Assembly: GCA_036522515.1 (NCBI GenBank)
Contig: DATDFQ010000057.1
Location: 5,175-69,174 of the forward strand
DNA length: 64,000 nt
Direction of reading: 5' to 3'
DNA from: Bacteroidota bacterium
GTDB taxonomy: Bacteria; Bacteroidota; Ignavibacteria; UBA10030; SZUA-254
In this document: piece after piece, positions 1 to 10,300 of the stretch
How the letters are laid out: the number at the start of each line of letters is the position of its first letter
Numbering within the stretch: position 1 is the stretch's first letter
Position numbers and translations under genes: made by a program
The notes under the pieces: model-generated
Databases searched by the model: none
What the model saw: the letters and a program-made list of their open reading frames with translations, nothing else
What the model was told of the DNA's origin: nothing

Positions 1-813
1 CGCGAGCGCGAGGTTGATGGTCGCGCGAGGCGACGCGCCGTAGTTGATGAGCGACGCCAGTTTGTCGAGTTTGAAGTCCTTCGGGCTCCGCGTCGCGAAG
101 ACGATATCGAGAATGTACCGCTCGATTTTTTCGTCCATGTAGACTTCCTGGACGACGGAGCGGGCTTTGAGAATATCGGAGGGGCTCACGGCCGGTCTGA
201 CCGCGGGGGTGGAGTTGGTGATGTTCTGCCGCATGATCAGCCGTTCCTCCTCCCGGTTCGGATAATCGATCCTGATCTTGAGCATGAACCTGTCGACCTG
301 CGCCTCAGGGAGCGGGTAGGTTCCTTCCTGCTCGATCGGGTTCTGCGTCGCGAGCACGAGAAAGGGTTCCTCGAGCTTGAACGTCTGTTCGCCGATCGTG
401 ATCTGCCGTTCCTGCATCGCCTCCAGCAGGGCGCTCTGAACCTTCGCAGGCGCGCGGTTGATTTCGTCGGCGAGGATGAAATTGGCGAAGATCGGTCCCC
501 TCCGGACGGTGAACTCGCTGTTCTTCTGGTTGTAGATCATCGTCCCCACGACGTCGGCCGGCAGCAGGTCCGGGGTGAACTGGATCCGCTGGAACTTCGC
601 CTGGATCGCGGCGGCCAGCGTTTTGATCGAAAGGGTCTTCGCCAAACCCGGGACGCCTTCCAGGAGGATGTGCCCGTTGGAGAGCAATCCTATCAGCAGG
701 CGCTCGACCATCGCTTTCTGGCCGACGATCACCTTGCCGACCTCCATCTGGAGCAGGTCCACGAATGCGCTTTCCCGCTGGATCTGTTCGTTGAGAGATT
801 TGATGTCCGTCAT
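1..813 (-). CDS. moxR: MoxR-family AAA+ ATPase (3' end beyond the left edge of the window)
   Basis: Absent from the ORF track because it has no stop in the window. Hand translation from ATG at 813 gives MTDIKSLNEQIQRESAFVDLLQMEVGKVIVGQ...GHILLEGVPGLAKT (Walker A), followed by RIQFTPDLLP and LADEINRAPAKVQSALLEAMQE. Confidence 0.92.
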   Translation of the reverse strand, partial: MTDIKSLNEQIQRESAFVDLLQMEVGKVIVGQKAMVERLLIGLLSNGHILLEGVPGLAKTLSIKTLAAAIQAKFQRIQFTPDLLPADVVGTMIYNQKNSEFTVRRGPIFANFILADEINRAPAKVQSALLEAMQERQITIGEQTFKLEEPFLVLATQNPIEQEGTYPLPEAQVDRFMLKIRIDYPNREEERLIMRQNITNSTPAVRPAVSPSDILKARSVVQEVYMDEKIERYILDIVFATRSPKDFKLDKLASLINYGASPRATINLALA

Positions 814-863
814 GGTTCTATTCTGCGTTCCGGTTGAGAGATTGACCGTTGGTTAATGAAATC

Positions 864-2495
864 CTACATTTTTTCAGGCGCCGTGATCCCCAGAATGGAA
901 AAACCGTTCCCGAGGACCGTTTTCGTCGCCAGGCAGAGCGCAATCCGCGCCGCAGTGAGGGCGGCGTTCTCCGTCACAACCCTATGAACATGGTAGAACG
1001 CGTGAAAAATTCCCGCAATTTCGCGCAGGTATTCGGTCAGGCGGTGCGGTTCGTACGTCGACGCGCACGACTCCACCATGTCGGGAAACTCCACGAGAAT
1101 CTTCAGGAGCGCCATCTCCTCGGGCGCGGCGAGGATGGAAAGGTCATGCGCCGATTTCGAGTCGACGCCCTGGCTTTCGGCGTGGCGGATGATGCTTGCG
1201 ATGCGCGCGTGGGCGTACTGCAGGTAATAGACCGGGTTCTGGTCCGACTGCTCCTTCGCCAGCTTCAGGTCGAAATTCAGGTGGCTCCCGATTCCGCGCA
1301 TCAAAAAGAAAAATCGGACAACGTCCGCTCCCACTTCATCGATCAGCTCGTCGAGCGTGACGAAGTTCGCCTTCCGGGTCGACATCTTCACCACCTCTCC
1401 GTCCTGCACGATCGTCACGAACTGGTGGATCAGCACTTTGATCCGCGCCGGATCTTCTCCGAGCGCCTTCAGCCCCGCGAGCACGTCGGGATAGGTGGCG
1501 ACATGGTCGGCTCCGAGCACGTCGATCACGAGACCGAACCCCCGCCGGAGTTTCTCGCGATGGTAGGCGATGTCCGGAAGCCTGTAGGTCGGCTCCCCCG
1601 TGCTTTTGACGATGACCTTGTCCTGGGCAGCCCCGAGGGCGCTTGTCTTGAACCAGACGGCGCCTTCCTGATCGTACGCGAGGCCGCGCGAGCGGAGCTC
1701 CTCGATCACGCCCTTGACCATGCCCGACTCATAGAGCGAATTCTCATTGAAGAAGACGTCGTGCGCGATGCCGAGGCGGGCGAGGGTCTTCTTGATATCG
1801 TCGAAAATTTCCTGCTCGGCCTGCCGCTTGAAGAGTCCGTCGGCGGGTTCGTCTCTCAGCGCTTCGCCGTGCGACGCTTTCAGGTGAGCCGCTATTTCTT
1901 TGATGTACTCCCCCTGGTAATGGTCCTCGGGAAAGTCGATCCGGTCGCCGAGCAATTCGAGGTACCGGAGCCGGACCGATTCGCCGAGTATCCTCATCTG
2001 CCTCCCGGCATTGTTGAAGTAATACTCGCGCGTCACCCGGTGGCCGGTCCACTCGAGGAGGCGCGAGATCGTGTCGCCGTACACCGCGCCGCGCCCGTGG
2101 CCGACCGTGAGGGGCCCGGTCGGGTTCGCGGAAACGAACTCCACCTGCGTGGTTGTCCCGCCGGCGGAGTCGCTTCTTCCATAGGAGGCACCCTGCCGGA
2201 GGATCCCCGCGGTTTGCTCGCGGTAAAACTTCTCGGTGAAATGAAAATTGATGAAGCCGGGACCGGCGATCTCGACCCTGTCGATGAGCGTCGGGTCGGC
2301 CTTCAGCTCTTCGACGATCCGGCGGGCGAGCGGGGCGGGCGCAAGTTTCGCCTGCTTCGCGGCGAGCATCGCGACATTGGTGGTAAGGTCTCCGTGGGCG
2401 GGATTGCGGGGTTTTTCGAACGTCGGCGGACCAACGGCGGAGAGGCCCAGCGACCGGAGGCTAGATTCTATCCGCTCCCTGAGGTATTGCCTCAT
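864..2495 (-). CDS. argS: Arginine--tRNA ligase
   Basis: VEFVSANPTGPLTVGHGRGA (HIGH-like), KMSTRKA (KMSKS-like), YLQYAHARI and C-terminal GITAPEKM. Confidence 0.97.
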   Translation of the reverse strand: MRQYLRERIESSLRSLGLSAVGPPTFEKPRNPAHGDLTTNVAMLAAKQAKLAPAPLARRIVEELKADPTLIDRVEIAGPGFINFHFTEKFYREQTAGILRQGASYGRSDSAGGTTTQVEFVSANPTGPLTVGHGRGAVYGDTISRLLEWTGHRVTREYYFNNAGRQMRILGESVRLRYLELLGDRIDFPEDHYQGEYIKEIAAHLKASHGEALRDEPADGLFKRQAEQEIFDDIKKTLARLGIAHDVFFNENSLYESGMVKGVIEELRSRGLAYDQEGAVWFKTSALGAAQDKVIVKSTGEPTYRLPDIAYHREKLRRGFGLVIDVLGADHVATYPDVLAGLKALGEDPARIKVLIHQFVTIVQDGEVVKMSTRKANFVTLDELIDEVGADVVRFFFLMRGIGSHLNFDLKLAKEQSDQNPVYYLQYAHARIASIIRHAESQGVDSKSAHDLSILAAPEEMALLKILVEFPDMVESCASTYEPHRLTEYLREIAGIFHAFYHVHRVVTENAALTAARIALCLATKTVLGNGFSILGITAPEKM

Positions 2496-2887
2496 CGCCG
2501 TTTTGCAGTTCGCGACCGGGGCTTGGCAGGTTTCTTCTTTTCACCGTCCTCGACGACTTCAATCTTCGCGTCACCCCACAGTTTTTCCAGCCCGTAAAAC
2601 CTTCGGACCTCCTTGTGGAAGACGTGGACGACGACGTCGACGTAATCGAGCAGCACCCACTGGCGGTGCGTGAGGCCTTCGCTGTGCCATGAGCTGACAC
2701 CGATCTTGTCCGTCCCCTCGGCGATCGCGTCCGCGACGGCCTTCACCTGCACGTCGGAATCCGCGGAACAGACGACGAAAAAATCCGTCATGTCGGTCAA
2801 TTTCCGGAGATCCATGACGGTGACGTCCTGGGCTTTTCTGCTTAGTGCGAATCGTGCGATCTTCATCGCGAGTGTCTTTGTTCTCAA
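2492..2887 (-). CDS. rsfS: Ribosome silencing factor RsfS (Iojap)
   Basis: KAQDVTVMDLR, DFFVVCSADS, WVLLDYVDVVVHVF and RRFYGLEKLWGDA. Confidence 0.95.
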   Translation of the reverse strand: MRTKTLAMKIARFALSRKAQDVTVMDLRKLTDMTDFFVVCSADSDVQVKAVADAIAEGTDKIGVSSWHSEGLTHRQWVLLDYVDVVVHVFHKEVRRFYGLEKLWGDAKIEVVEDGEKKKPAKPRSRTAKRR

Positions 2888-2915
2888 CGTGTCCTGGGGC
2901 CTGGCCTGACCGGCA

Positions 2916-3404
2916 TTAGTGAAATGGCTGCAGTGAACTGTAATCCGCCCCGATGATCACCGAGACGTCGACGAAGTAATCGGGGTTCAATTGCTGTACC
3001 ACGTTCTTGTCCGAAATCCCGAGCGCGGCCGCGACGCGGCGCGCTGCGGCGAGGTTTCCGACCCGGTCGACGACGATCGAGCGGGGGATGTTGGACACTT
3101 TGTAATTCTTCATCTCCACCACGTCGAACCCGTTGGTCCGGAGATAGTTCATGCACCTCGCGGCGACTCCCCTCGTGCGTGTGCCGTTCAGGACATCGAG
3201 CTGAATTATTTTCTGGGGTTTCTCCTGCGGCGCGGTTGCGGCGGGAGGATTGGCGCCCCGGGAGATGAATGTGTATGACAGGTACCCGGCCGCGAACACG
3301 AACACGATGATCAAACCGGTTAGGAGTGATTTCGCGATTCTGGTCGTACGGGAGGAGGAACTTGGCGACTGCTGTACCGTCTCGGTCTGCTGGGGGGACT
3401 CCAT
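2916..3404 (-). CDS. Membrane-anchored LytR C-terminal domain protein
   Basis: One N-terminal TM helix, then IQLDVLNGTRTRGVAARCMNYLRTNGFDVV and DVSVIIGADY, typical of LytR_C. Confidence 0.85.
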   Translation of the reverse strand: MESPQQTETVQQSPSSSSRTTRIAKSLLTGLIIVFVFAAGYLSYTFISRGANPPAATAPQEKPQKIIQLDVLNGTRTRGVAARCMNYLRTNGFDVVEMKNYKVSNIPRSIVVDRVGNLAAARRVAAALGISDKNVVQQLNPDYFVDVSVIIGADYSSLQPFH

Positions 3405-3511
3405 TATTCCCGATCACCCTGGCAGGGCAAAAAACAAAAACGAGTCAGCCCGCTTGAGGTAGACCAACCCGGTTCTGATTCTGGGGTCCATCGGCTGGCT
3501 GCCAACGCGGG

Positions 3512-4006
3512 TTATTCGTCTCCCAGGTAATAGCCCGGAGCGAACGAAGAGTATCCACCGGGAAAATAACCGAACGGAATCTGGTTGTATTCCAGTCTCA
3601 GGAACATGTTGTCCGCCGGCTTGTAGTTCAATTGCGCCCGGCTGATATACAGCTTGCTGAAGTTCCCCTGCGAGAGCGTTCCCGACCCCCCGAAGGGCGA
3701 CCCCTGGAGCGTGAGATCGAGCCTGAGGTTGAGCGGGTCGGCGATGCGGTAAAACATGCTGTTCGTGTACGACGCCATCGAGATGCCGTCCCCCCCGGAG
3801 GAGAGATAGCTCAGGGAAAAATTGTGCCTCATCATGAAATTATCGGAATTCAGCAGGCCGAGAAAGCTGCTGATGCTGGTCGCCGGGTGGACGAGCGACT
3901 GCGATGCGCTGACCGGTTGTTCGTCCAGGGATTTCAACTGTGCGTTCGATACGCCTGTAGCAAGAAATGCCGAAAAAGCGAGGATCAGGAGTGATTTCAT
4001 TGCCAT
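3512..4006 (-). CDS. Hypothetical exported protein
   Basis: Signal peptide MAMKSLLILAFSAFLATGVSNA; mature part rich in alternating beta-strand patterns. Start placed at 4006 (or 4000) rather than 4057. Confidence 0.7.
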   Translation of the reverse strand: MAMKSLLILAFSAFLATGVSNAQLKSLDEQPVSASQSLVHPATSISSFLGLLNSDNFMMRHNFSLSYLSSGGDGISMASYTNSMFYRIADPLNLRLDLTLQGSPFGGSGTLSQGNFSKLYISRAQLNYKPADNMFLRLEYNQIPFGYFPGGYSSFAPGYYLGDE

Positions 4007-4061
4007 TTCTCGTGTGGATTCCTGCTTAATGATAAAGAAAAACGCCATGAGAGTCAAACCT

Positions 4062-4832
4062 TCAGGCGGTCGTCCTGGATGCCATCAGAGCCCGTGCCGC
4101 ATCGAGCTGGGCCGGGTCGTTGATCCCGATAACTTCAATCGAGTCAATGGCTTTGACGGCAGAGACCCTGTATTGATTCTTCCAGAAAATCTCGAACACG
4201 TCGGTCAGGTAGTACTCCCCCTGGGCGTTATTGGGCTTCACGAGCCGGAGGCACTCGAAGAGCTTCTCTCTCTCAAACACGTAGATCCCCGAATTAATTT
4301 CCTTGACGGCAAGTTCCTTTTTGGAGGCGTCCTTATCCTCCACGATCCGTTTGACGCTCCCGTCTTCGTTGCGGACGATCCTGCCGTAGCCCGCCGGATT
4401 GTCGAGTTCCGCGGTGAGAATCGTGGCGACCGCCTCGGTGGTCCGGTGATATCCGATGAGGGCCCGGGCCGTCTTCTCCGTGAGGAGCGGGACGTCCCCC
4501 GACAGGACGAGGAGGTCTCCCTCGAGTTTCTCGAGCGCCGATTCCGTCTGCAGGACCGCGTGTCCTGTTCCGAGTTGTTCCCGCTGTTCGACGAACTCCA
4601 CGCGGGGGTTCACCCCCGAGAGATGCCCGATGATCGAATCCTTCTGCCACCCGACGACGATCAGGGTGCGGTCCGCCTGGAGTTTCGTCGCGAGCTCCAC
4701 GACATACTCGACCATCGGCTTGCCGTGCATCTGGTACATGACTTTGGCGAGATCCGGATTGTTCATCCTCGTGCCTTTGCCTGCGGCGAGAATGACGACG
4801 GCCAGTTTCGGGGGTTTGGAGAGTTCGATCAT
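4062..4832 (-). CDS. glmU: GlmU-like sugar-phosphate nucleotidyltransferase (N-terminal domain only)
   Basis: VVILAAGKGTRM, EQLGTGHAV, VLSGDVPLL, GYGRIVR, EINSGIY, NNAQGEYYLTD. Ends at 256 aa with no hexapeptide-repeat acetyltransferase domain. Confidence 0.85.
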   Translation of the reverse strand: MIELSKPPKLAVVILAAGKGTRMNNPDLAKVMYQMHGKPMVEYVVELATKLQADRTLIVVGWQKDSIIGHLSGVNPRVEFVEQREQLGTGHAVLQTESALEKLEGDLLVLSGDVPLLTEKTARALIGYHRTTEAVATILTAELDNPAGYGRIVRNEDGSVKRIVEDKDASKKELAVKEINSGIYVFEREKLFECLRLVKPNNAQGEYYLTDVFEIFWKNQYRVSAVKAIDSIEVIGINDPAQLDAARALMASRTTA

Positions 4833-4846
4833 AACAATTTCGGTGC

Positions 4847-4876
4847 GGAGATCCTTCGCTTCGCTCAGGATGACAA
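4847..4876 (-). repeat. Solo REP-like palindrome, TGTCATCCTGAG family
   Basis: Minus strand reads TTGTCATCCTGAGCGAAGCGAAGGATCTCC. The same arm occurs at 48473-48558 and 56349-56428. Confidence 0.85.
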
Positions 4877-5728
4877 GGGAACCTGCACGACTACATTGTC
4901 GATCAACCGGACGCCGCCGATGCGGACCGCCATCGAGACGAGAACCGCCGCGCCGGGGGTCAGCGTTTTTAATTCTTCCAAGGTCACGGAGTCCGCGATG
5001 GAGATATACTCTACCGAGGCCGATGGATGGAGTTTGAACAGTTTCTGCATTTCAGCGAGTATCGCGGGGCAGTCCCGCCCGCCCTTCGCGATCAGTCCTT
5101 CGGCCAGCTGGAGTGAACGGTAGAGGACCGTGCTTTCGGCACGCTGTTCAGCGGAAAGATAAACGTTTCTCGAGCTCATTGCAAGTCCGTCCGGTTCGCG
5201 GACGGTGGGACCCACGATGATTTCGAGGTCGAAGTTCAGGTCCCGGGCCATTTTCTTTACAACGGCGGCCTGTTGGGCATCTTTCTGGCCGAACACGGCG
5301 ACGTGCGGTTTCGTGATGGCAAATAATTTGGCGACAACCGTGGTCACGCCCCGAAAGTGACCAGGCCGCGCCTTCCCTTCGAGGAGGCTGGTGATCGTAT
5401 CGACTTCCACGTGGGTCAGGTAGCCGGGGGGATACATTTCGGACGTCTCGGGCGTGAAGAGGATCGCAGCCCCGCCCTCTTCGGCGAGAGAACGGTCGCG
5501 CCCGGGGTCGCGGGGATACTTCGAAAAATCTTCGTTCGGACCGAACTGGGCCGGATTGACGTACGCCGTGACAATGACCACGTCGGAGTGTTGCGCGGCG
5601 ATCCTGATCAGGCTCAGATGACCCTTGTGGAGAAACCCCATGGTGGGAACAACGCCAAGCCGCCGGCCCTCCCGGCGCAGGGCTTCGGCGCTCCGCTGCA
5701 TTTCCGGGACGCTCGTGATGAGCTTCAT
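4865..5728 (-). CDS. panC: Pantoate--beta-alanine ligase
   Basis: VPTMGFLHKGH, NPAQFGPNEDFSKYPR, RPGHFRGV, FGQKDAQQ, REPDGLAMSSRN, RLIDN. Start MKLITS at 5728 forms an ATGA overlap with the upstream gene. Confidence 0.97.
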   Translation of the reverse strand: MKLITSVPEMQRSAEALRREGRRLGVVPTMGFLHKGHLSLIRIAAQHSDVVIVTAYVNPAQFGPNEDFSKYPRDPGRDRSLAEEGGAAILFTPETSEMYPPGYLTHVEVDTITSLLEGKARPGHFRGVTTVVAKLFAITKPHVAVFGQKDAQQAAVVKKMARDLNFDLEIIVGPTVREPDGLAMSSRNVYLSAEQRAESTVLYRSLQLAEGLIAKGGRDCPAILAEMQKLFKLHPSASVEYISIADSVTLEELKTLTPGAAVLVSMAVRIGGVRLIDNVVVQVPLSS

Positions 5729-7350
5729 CGCAAATGTATCTTGGCGTCGAGCTTCAGCTCCCTCCCGGGCGCGCTGTACCCGCTCCACCACTCGTACCCT
5801 GTGTTGAACAGATTTGCGATCTCGAACGAGATGACGGTGCGCGGGAGGGCGCGGGTCGATACTCCGCACCCGAACAGGAACACGTCGCCGAGAGTCTTGT
5901 TGCCCGCCCGGTCCACGTTCCTGCGGCTCCAATACTCGCCAGAAGCCCAGACGGTCATCGAAGGGATCGGATCGAGCTCTCCACGGCCGAGCCCCTGTAT
6001 GATCGGAATCATCGGCAGCTGGACGCTGGTCCCGGTTTCATGTCCGGGCTGAAGGGCTGCGGAGAACTTGACCCTCGTCGCGGCTGTCGGAGTGACGGAG
6101 CCCGCCGCCTCGGCGACGAATTGATCCGCGTCGACGTAGGCGAGAATGATTCTGCCGCTGTCGCTCAGCGTGATATCCTTGTCGGTGCTATGGGTGAACG
6201 AACCGCTCAGGCGCAGCGACACGTTCTCGTCTTTGTACGAGAGGCTGCTTCCGAGGCGAATCGGTCTTTTTTCGGGACGAATATCGAGCTCCCGGACAAG
6301 ATAGGGATTGTCGCGGATATGCTCGTCGTAGGTCGCAAGATGAAGTTCCGGCTGGAACCAGAAAATCCACTCCCGGTCCTGGCTCGCGTCCCACTGGAGG
6401 ATCGCCGTCGGAGCGATCACCGTCCGGCTCTCGCCCGTGCTTCCCGATCCGTTCTGGTAGACCCCTCCTGCGCGGATGGACCACTGATCCATGAATTTCC
6501 AGCTCGCCGTCGCCGAAAACCCGAGGACCGACGGAGAGTTGGTCGGGAGGTGATAGTTCAGCGACGATCCCCGGTACACGACCTCGGCGCCGAACCCGGC
6601 GTCCTGCAGGTCCGTCCTGAACGACGCCCGCACGTCGGGCGAGACGACAGACACGTCGGAATCGCGCCCGGCCCGGGTGTCGGTGACATTCCACACTTTC
6701 GTGTCGAGGCTCAGGTCCAGAACGGTCCCCTGCCGGTTCACCGAACCGATCTCAACTCCCAGCGCCTCGTTGCTCCTCGTCCGCTTCGGGGACCCCGCAG
6801 GGATTCCGAACATACCGTAGGAATCGTGCCTGAAACCGAGCTCGCCCGATACGCGGAGCCCCCTGAGGAGATCGTTGTCCGTCGAGAGAAGCGAGTGCGC
6901 CCCGAGATCGAGGCCAGTCGTCGTTCCGGAAGAGTTGGCGACGTGTCCCTGGGTCGTTCTGTAATTGCCGTTCCCGTAGATGCCCCAGACCTGCGTCTTG
7001 TAATCGGCAAACGCTTTCAGCCCGCCCGTGCTGAAGCTTCCGAACGAGCCTTCGAGCGAAGCGCGCCACGGCATCTGGTGTTCCTCGTACCGGGAAAGTG
7101 CGCCCTGCGGCAGCACGATGGAGCGCCGGTCGCCGAGGAGGCTTGTGTCCGGAGGGGGCGCCTCGTACAGCGAGACGTCGTAGATCTCCCCCTTCCGCGC
7201 GAAGGGAAGCATGATCGCTTTTTTGCCGACAATGGTGATCTCCGGTATTTCGAGGCTGGGGAGACCGGTCGTGTCTCTCGACTCGAGTTTCTCCTGAGCA
7301 GGAGCGAGCGCAAACGTGGAGATGAGACAGGGAAGAAGAATCCACTTCAT
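5725..7350 (-). CDS. Outer-membrane beta-barrel protein, TonB-dependent-receptor-like without an evident plug
   Basis: Signal peptide, EIPEITIVGKK segment, amphipathic strands, and C-terminal ANLFNTGYEWWSGYSAPGRELKLDAKIHLR resembling the end of TonB-dependent receptors. Confidence 0.65.
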   Translation of the reverse strand: MKWILLPCLISTFALAPAQEKLESRDTTGLPSLEIPEITIVGKKAIMLPFARKGEIYDVSLYEAPPPDTSLLGDRRSIVLPQGALSRYEEHQMPWRASLEGSFGSFSTGGLKAFADYKTQVWGIYGNGNYRTTQGHVANSSGTTTGLDLGAHSLLSTDNDLLRGLRVSGELGFRHDSYGMFGIPAGSPKRTRSNEALGVEIGSVNRQGTVLDLSLDTKVWNVTDTRAGRDSDVSVVSPDVRASFRTDLQDAGFGAEVVYRGSSLNYHLPTNSPSVLGFSATASWKFMDQWSIRAGGVYQNGSGSTGESRTVIAPTAILQWDASQDREWIFWFQPELHLATYDEHIRDNPYLVRELDIRPEKRPIRLGSSLSYKDENVSLRLSGSFTHSTDKDITLSDSGRIILAYVDADQFVAEAAGSVTPTAATRVKFSAALQPGHETGTSVQLPMIPIIQGLGRGELDPIPSMTVWASGEYWSRRNVDRAGNKTLGDVFLFGCGVSTRALPRTVISFEIANLFNTGYEWWSGYSAPGRELKLDAKIHLR

Positions 7351-10300
7351 CTGCCGAGCCTCCTGAGCCGCTCCTGCGCCTCACTGCGGACACCGGCATC
7401 GGTGGCCGAACCCGCCAGCTCCTCGTAGGCCGACCGCGCCCTCTTCTTGTCGCGCAGCCGCTCGTAGCATTCTCCCTCGCCGAGTTTCGCCCGTTCGACG
7501 ACCATCGGATAATCCTTATACTGCCGGATCACGTCTTCGTAGGCCTGCATCGCGTCCTTGGTCTTTTTCATCGCAAGATAATTTTGGCCGATCATCAGGA
7601 GCGCCTCTCCCGCGATGTCGTCGCTCCGCCTGCCGACGATCGCCGTCAGGGTGTCGATCGCCGCGGCGTTTCTTTTCCTCTCGAGGTCGATCTGCGCCAT
7701 TCCGATCCGGCTCCGGTCCGCGAACAGGTCGGCGGGATGCTCCCTGATGACAAGCTGGAACTGGTCCGAGGCCGCATTCTTGTCGGAAAGGTTCGAGAGG
7801 GCCACTCCGAGCTGGTACTGCGCTTCGGTGAGAAGGGGCGAGTCGGGGTATCGCTTGTCGAACCCTTTCAGCGCGTCGACGGCCTGCCCGTAATGTTTCG
7901 CTTTCATGCGCGCGAGGCCGAGCGCCAGCGTCGCCCGCGGGACCACCTCCGAATCGGGCGCGTCGGAGAGAATCTGCTCGTAGAAGGACGCCGCGCGGAG
8001 AGGGTTTTCCTCCTGCTCATACGCCCTTCCCAATTGATAGAGCGCCTTCGCCTTGACGGACTGTTCCGGCTTCATCGCGAGAAGCCGCTGGTATTCCGTG
8101 ATCGCCCCCGCAAAGTCGCCCTGGCCGAAGAGGATTTCCCCCTTCTTGAGAACGAGCTCCCCCTCGGGCGCCCCGGCAGGTTTCTCTTTCATCACTTTTT
8201 CGATCTCCGCGAGCGCTCCTTCGGGCTTTCCCTGGGCGGCGTACGTATACTGGAGACCCGAGAGAGCGTCGGCCACCAAAAGACTCGAAGGGTATTCCTT
8301 GATCACCCTCTGATAGTAAACGCGGGCGCTGTCGTATTCCTTCAGGTTGTAATAAGAGTCGCCGAGATTGAAGAGCACACGCGGCAAGAGCTGGCTGTCG
8401 CCGTATTTTCGGAGCACCGTCTTGAGCTCGGTGACGGCAAGCGCGTATTGTTCCCTGGAAAAATAGGTCCACCCGATGTTGAACTGGACGACCTCGGCAT
8501 AGATCGAGGAGGGATACTTGACGAGAAAACTCCGGAGTTGCTCGACGCCGCGGTCGGATTCGCCCCGCTGGATGTACGACATCGCAAGCTGAAAGGCCGC
8601 GTATTCCACCTGTCGGCCGCTCGCCTTTTCCGCGCCGAGCGTTGAATAGAGAGACGCAGACTTCTCATACTCCCCGACGGCGAAATAGGAGTCGGCTTTC
8701 CTGAGCATCGCGTCGAGATAGTGGCCGTCGTTCGGGTACAACTTCGTGAAGCTGTCGAACGCCGACGCGGCCTGGGAGAATTTTTTCTGTTCGAAGAGCG
8801 TCCAGGCATATCCGTACGCCGCCTCGGGTTTTTTCGGGTTGTTCGGATAGAGCCGGAGGGCCTCCGAATAGGACCGCTCGGCGTCCGCGAACCGGCTGTC
8901 CTGATAGAGCGCTTCGGCCCGCCAGACGTGGCCTTCGCCCCCCCGGGCGTCACGCGGGAATTTCTGGAGATACTCGTCGAACCGCTCGCCGCACGTCTTG
9001 AACCGGCCCAGGTGATAGAGCGCGACCCCCTCCTGGAAGAGCGAAGGTGCGAGAATTTCAGGTGGTGCGCCGAGGTGCCGCACCTGCGCGAAGGCATACT
9101 GGGCGTTGGAGAAGTCGCCGATCGCCATGTTGCTCTCTCCCAGCATGTGATACGCGGCGGTCCGCAGCTCGCTTTCCGGGAAGAGACGGGCTGCAAGCTG
9201 GAAATTTCGCCGCGCCTCGCGGTATTGCTTCCCCCTGTATTGGATCATCCCCATCTGGAAATAGGCGCTGACCGCGTCCCGGTCGTAGGGGGAAAGCGAT
9301 GTCAACGTGTCGAGCGTGGTGAGCGCCGCCGTGATCCTTCCCCTGAGAAGCGAAAGGATCCCGCTCTGGTAGAGCGACGCGAACGCGAGCGAATCGTGCC
9401 CGCGGCCCAACGAATCAAAGACCGCCTGCGCGCGCGCGTAGTCGCCGAGCTTGACTAGCGACCATCCCAGGCCGTAGCGAGCCTTCCGGGCGTGGGGGCT
9501 GTCCGAGAATCTCGACGCGAACTCTTCGTAGGCGTCGCGCGCGGCCTGGTACCGTGCAAGCTGGATGTTCGCTTCGGCCTCCAGGAGGAGATACTCCTGC
9601 CTCTGGGAGGAGTAGGACGGGGATGCCTGCTCGAGCATGTTGAGCGTCCGGGCGAGCCGCCCCTGGCGAAGCGAGATCGAGGCGAGACGGAGCTGCGCGT
9701 CGGTGACAAGCTCGCTCCGGGGGTAATCCGACAGGAGCCGCTCCAGCCGCTCGGCCGACCCGTCGAGGTTGCCGCGCCGCTCCAACGAGAGCGCCCAACC
9801 CATCAGGATGTAATCGCGATAGGCGAGCGCCGACGGGTCGCCATAACATTGCTGGATATCGTCCTGCGCGGCCGCGGTGTCCCCGCGGTCGAGCTCGGCC
9901 ATCGCGTGCCAGAAACAGCCGGCTCCCCTCTGCGGATGATCGCCCCCTTCTTTCAGAAACTTTCCCAGAGCCGACGCGGATGCGTCGAGCCGGTGCGTCT
10001 GATAGGCGCTCACTCCCTGGATATAGAGGACTGTGACCCTGCGGACGTCGTTCGGGTACTCCTGAACGAACTCGGAAGCCCACTGATAGGCCTCCTCGTA
10101 CTCCTGGTCCTTGAAGGTCGATTGGACGAGCCAGTAGAGGACGTCCCGATTTTGCTCGGTGAACGAGGAGCGGCGGAGAATCTCGGCAAGCTTCTGGCGG
10201 GCCACATGGTAGGAGCCGGCGTCCATCCAATCCGTCGCTTCATTGAGGAGGCCGGAGGTCGATTGCCTGTCGACCGGAGGGATCTGCGAAAAGCACCGGA

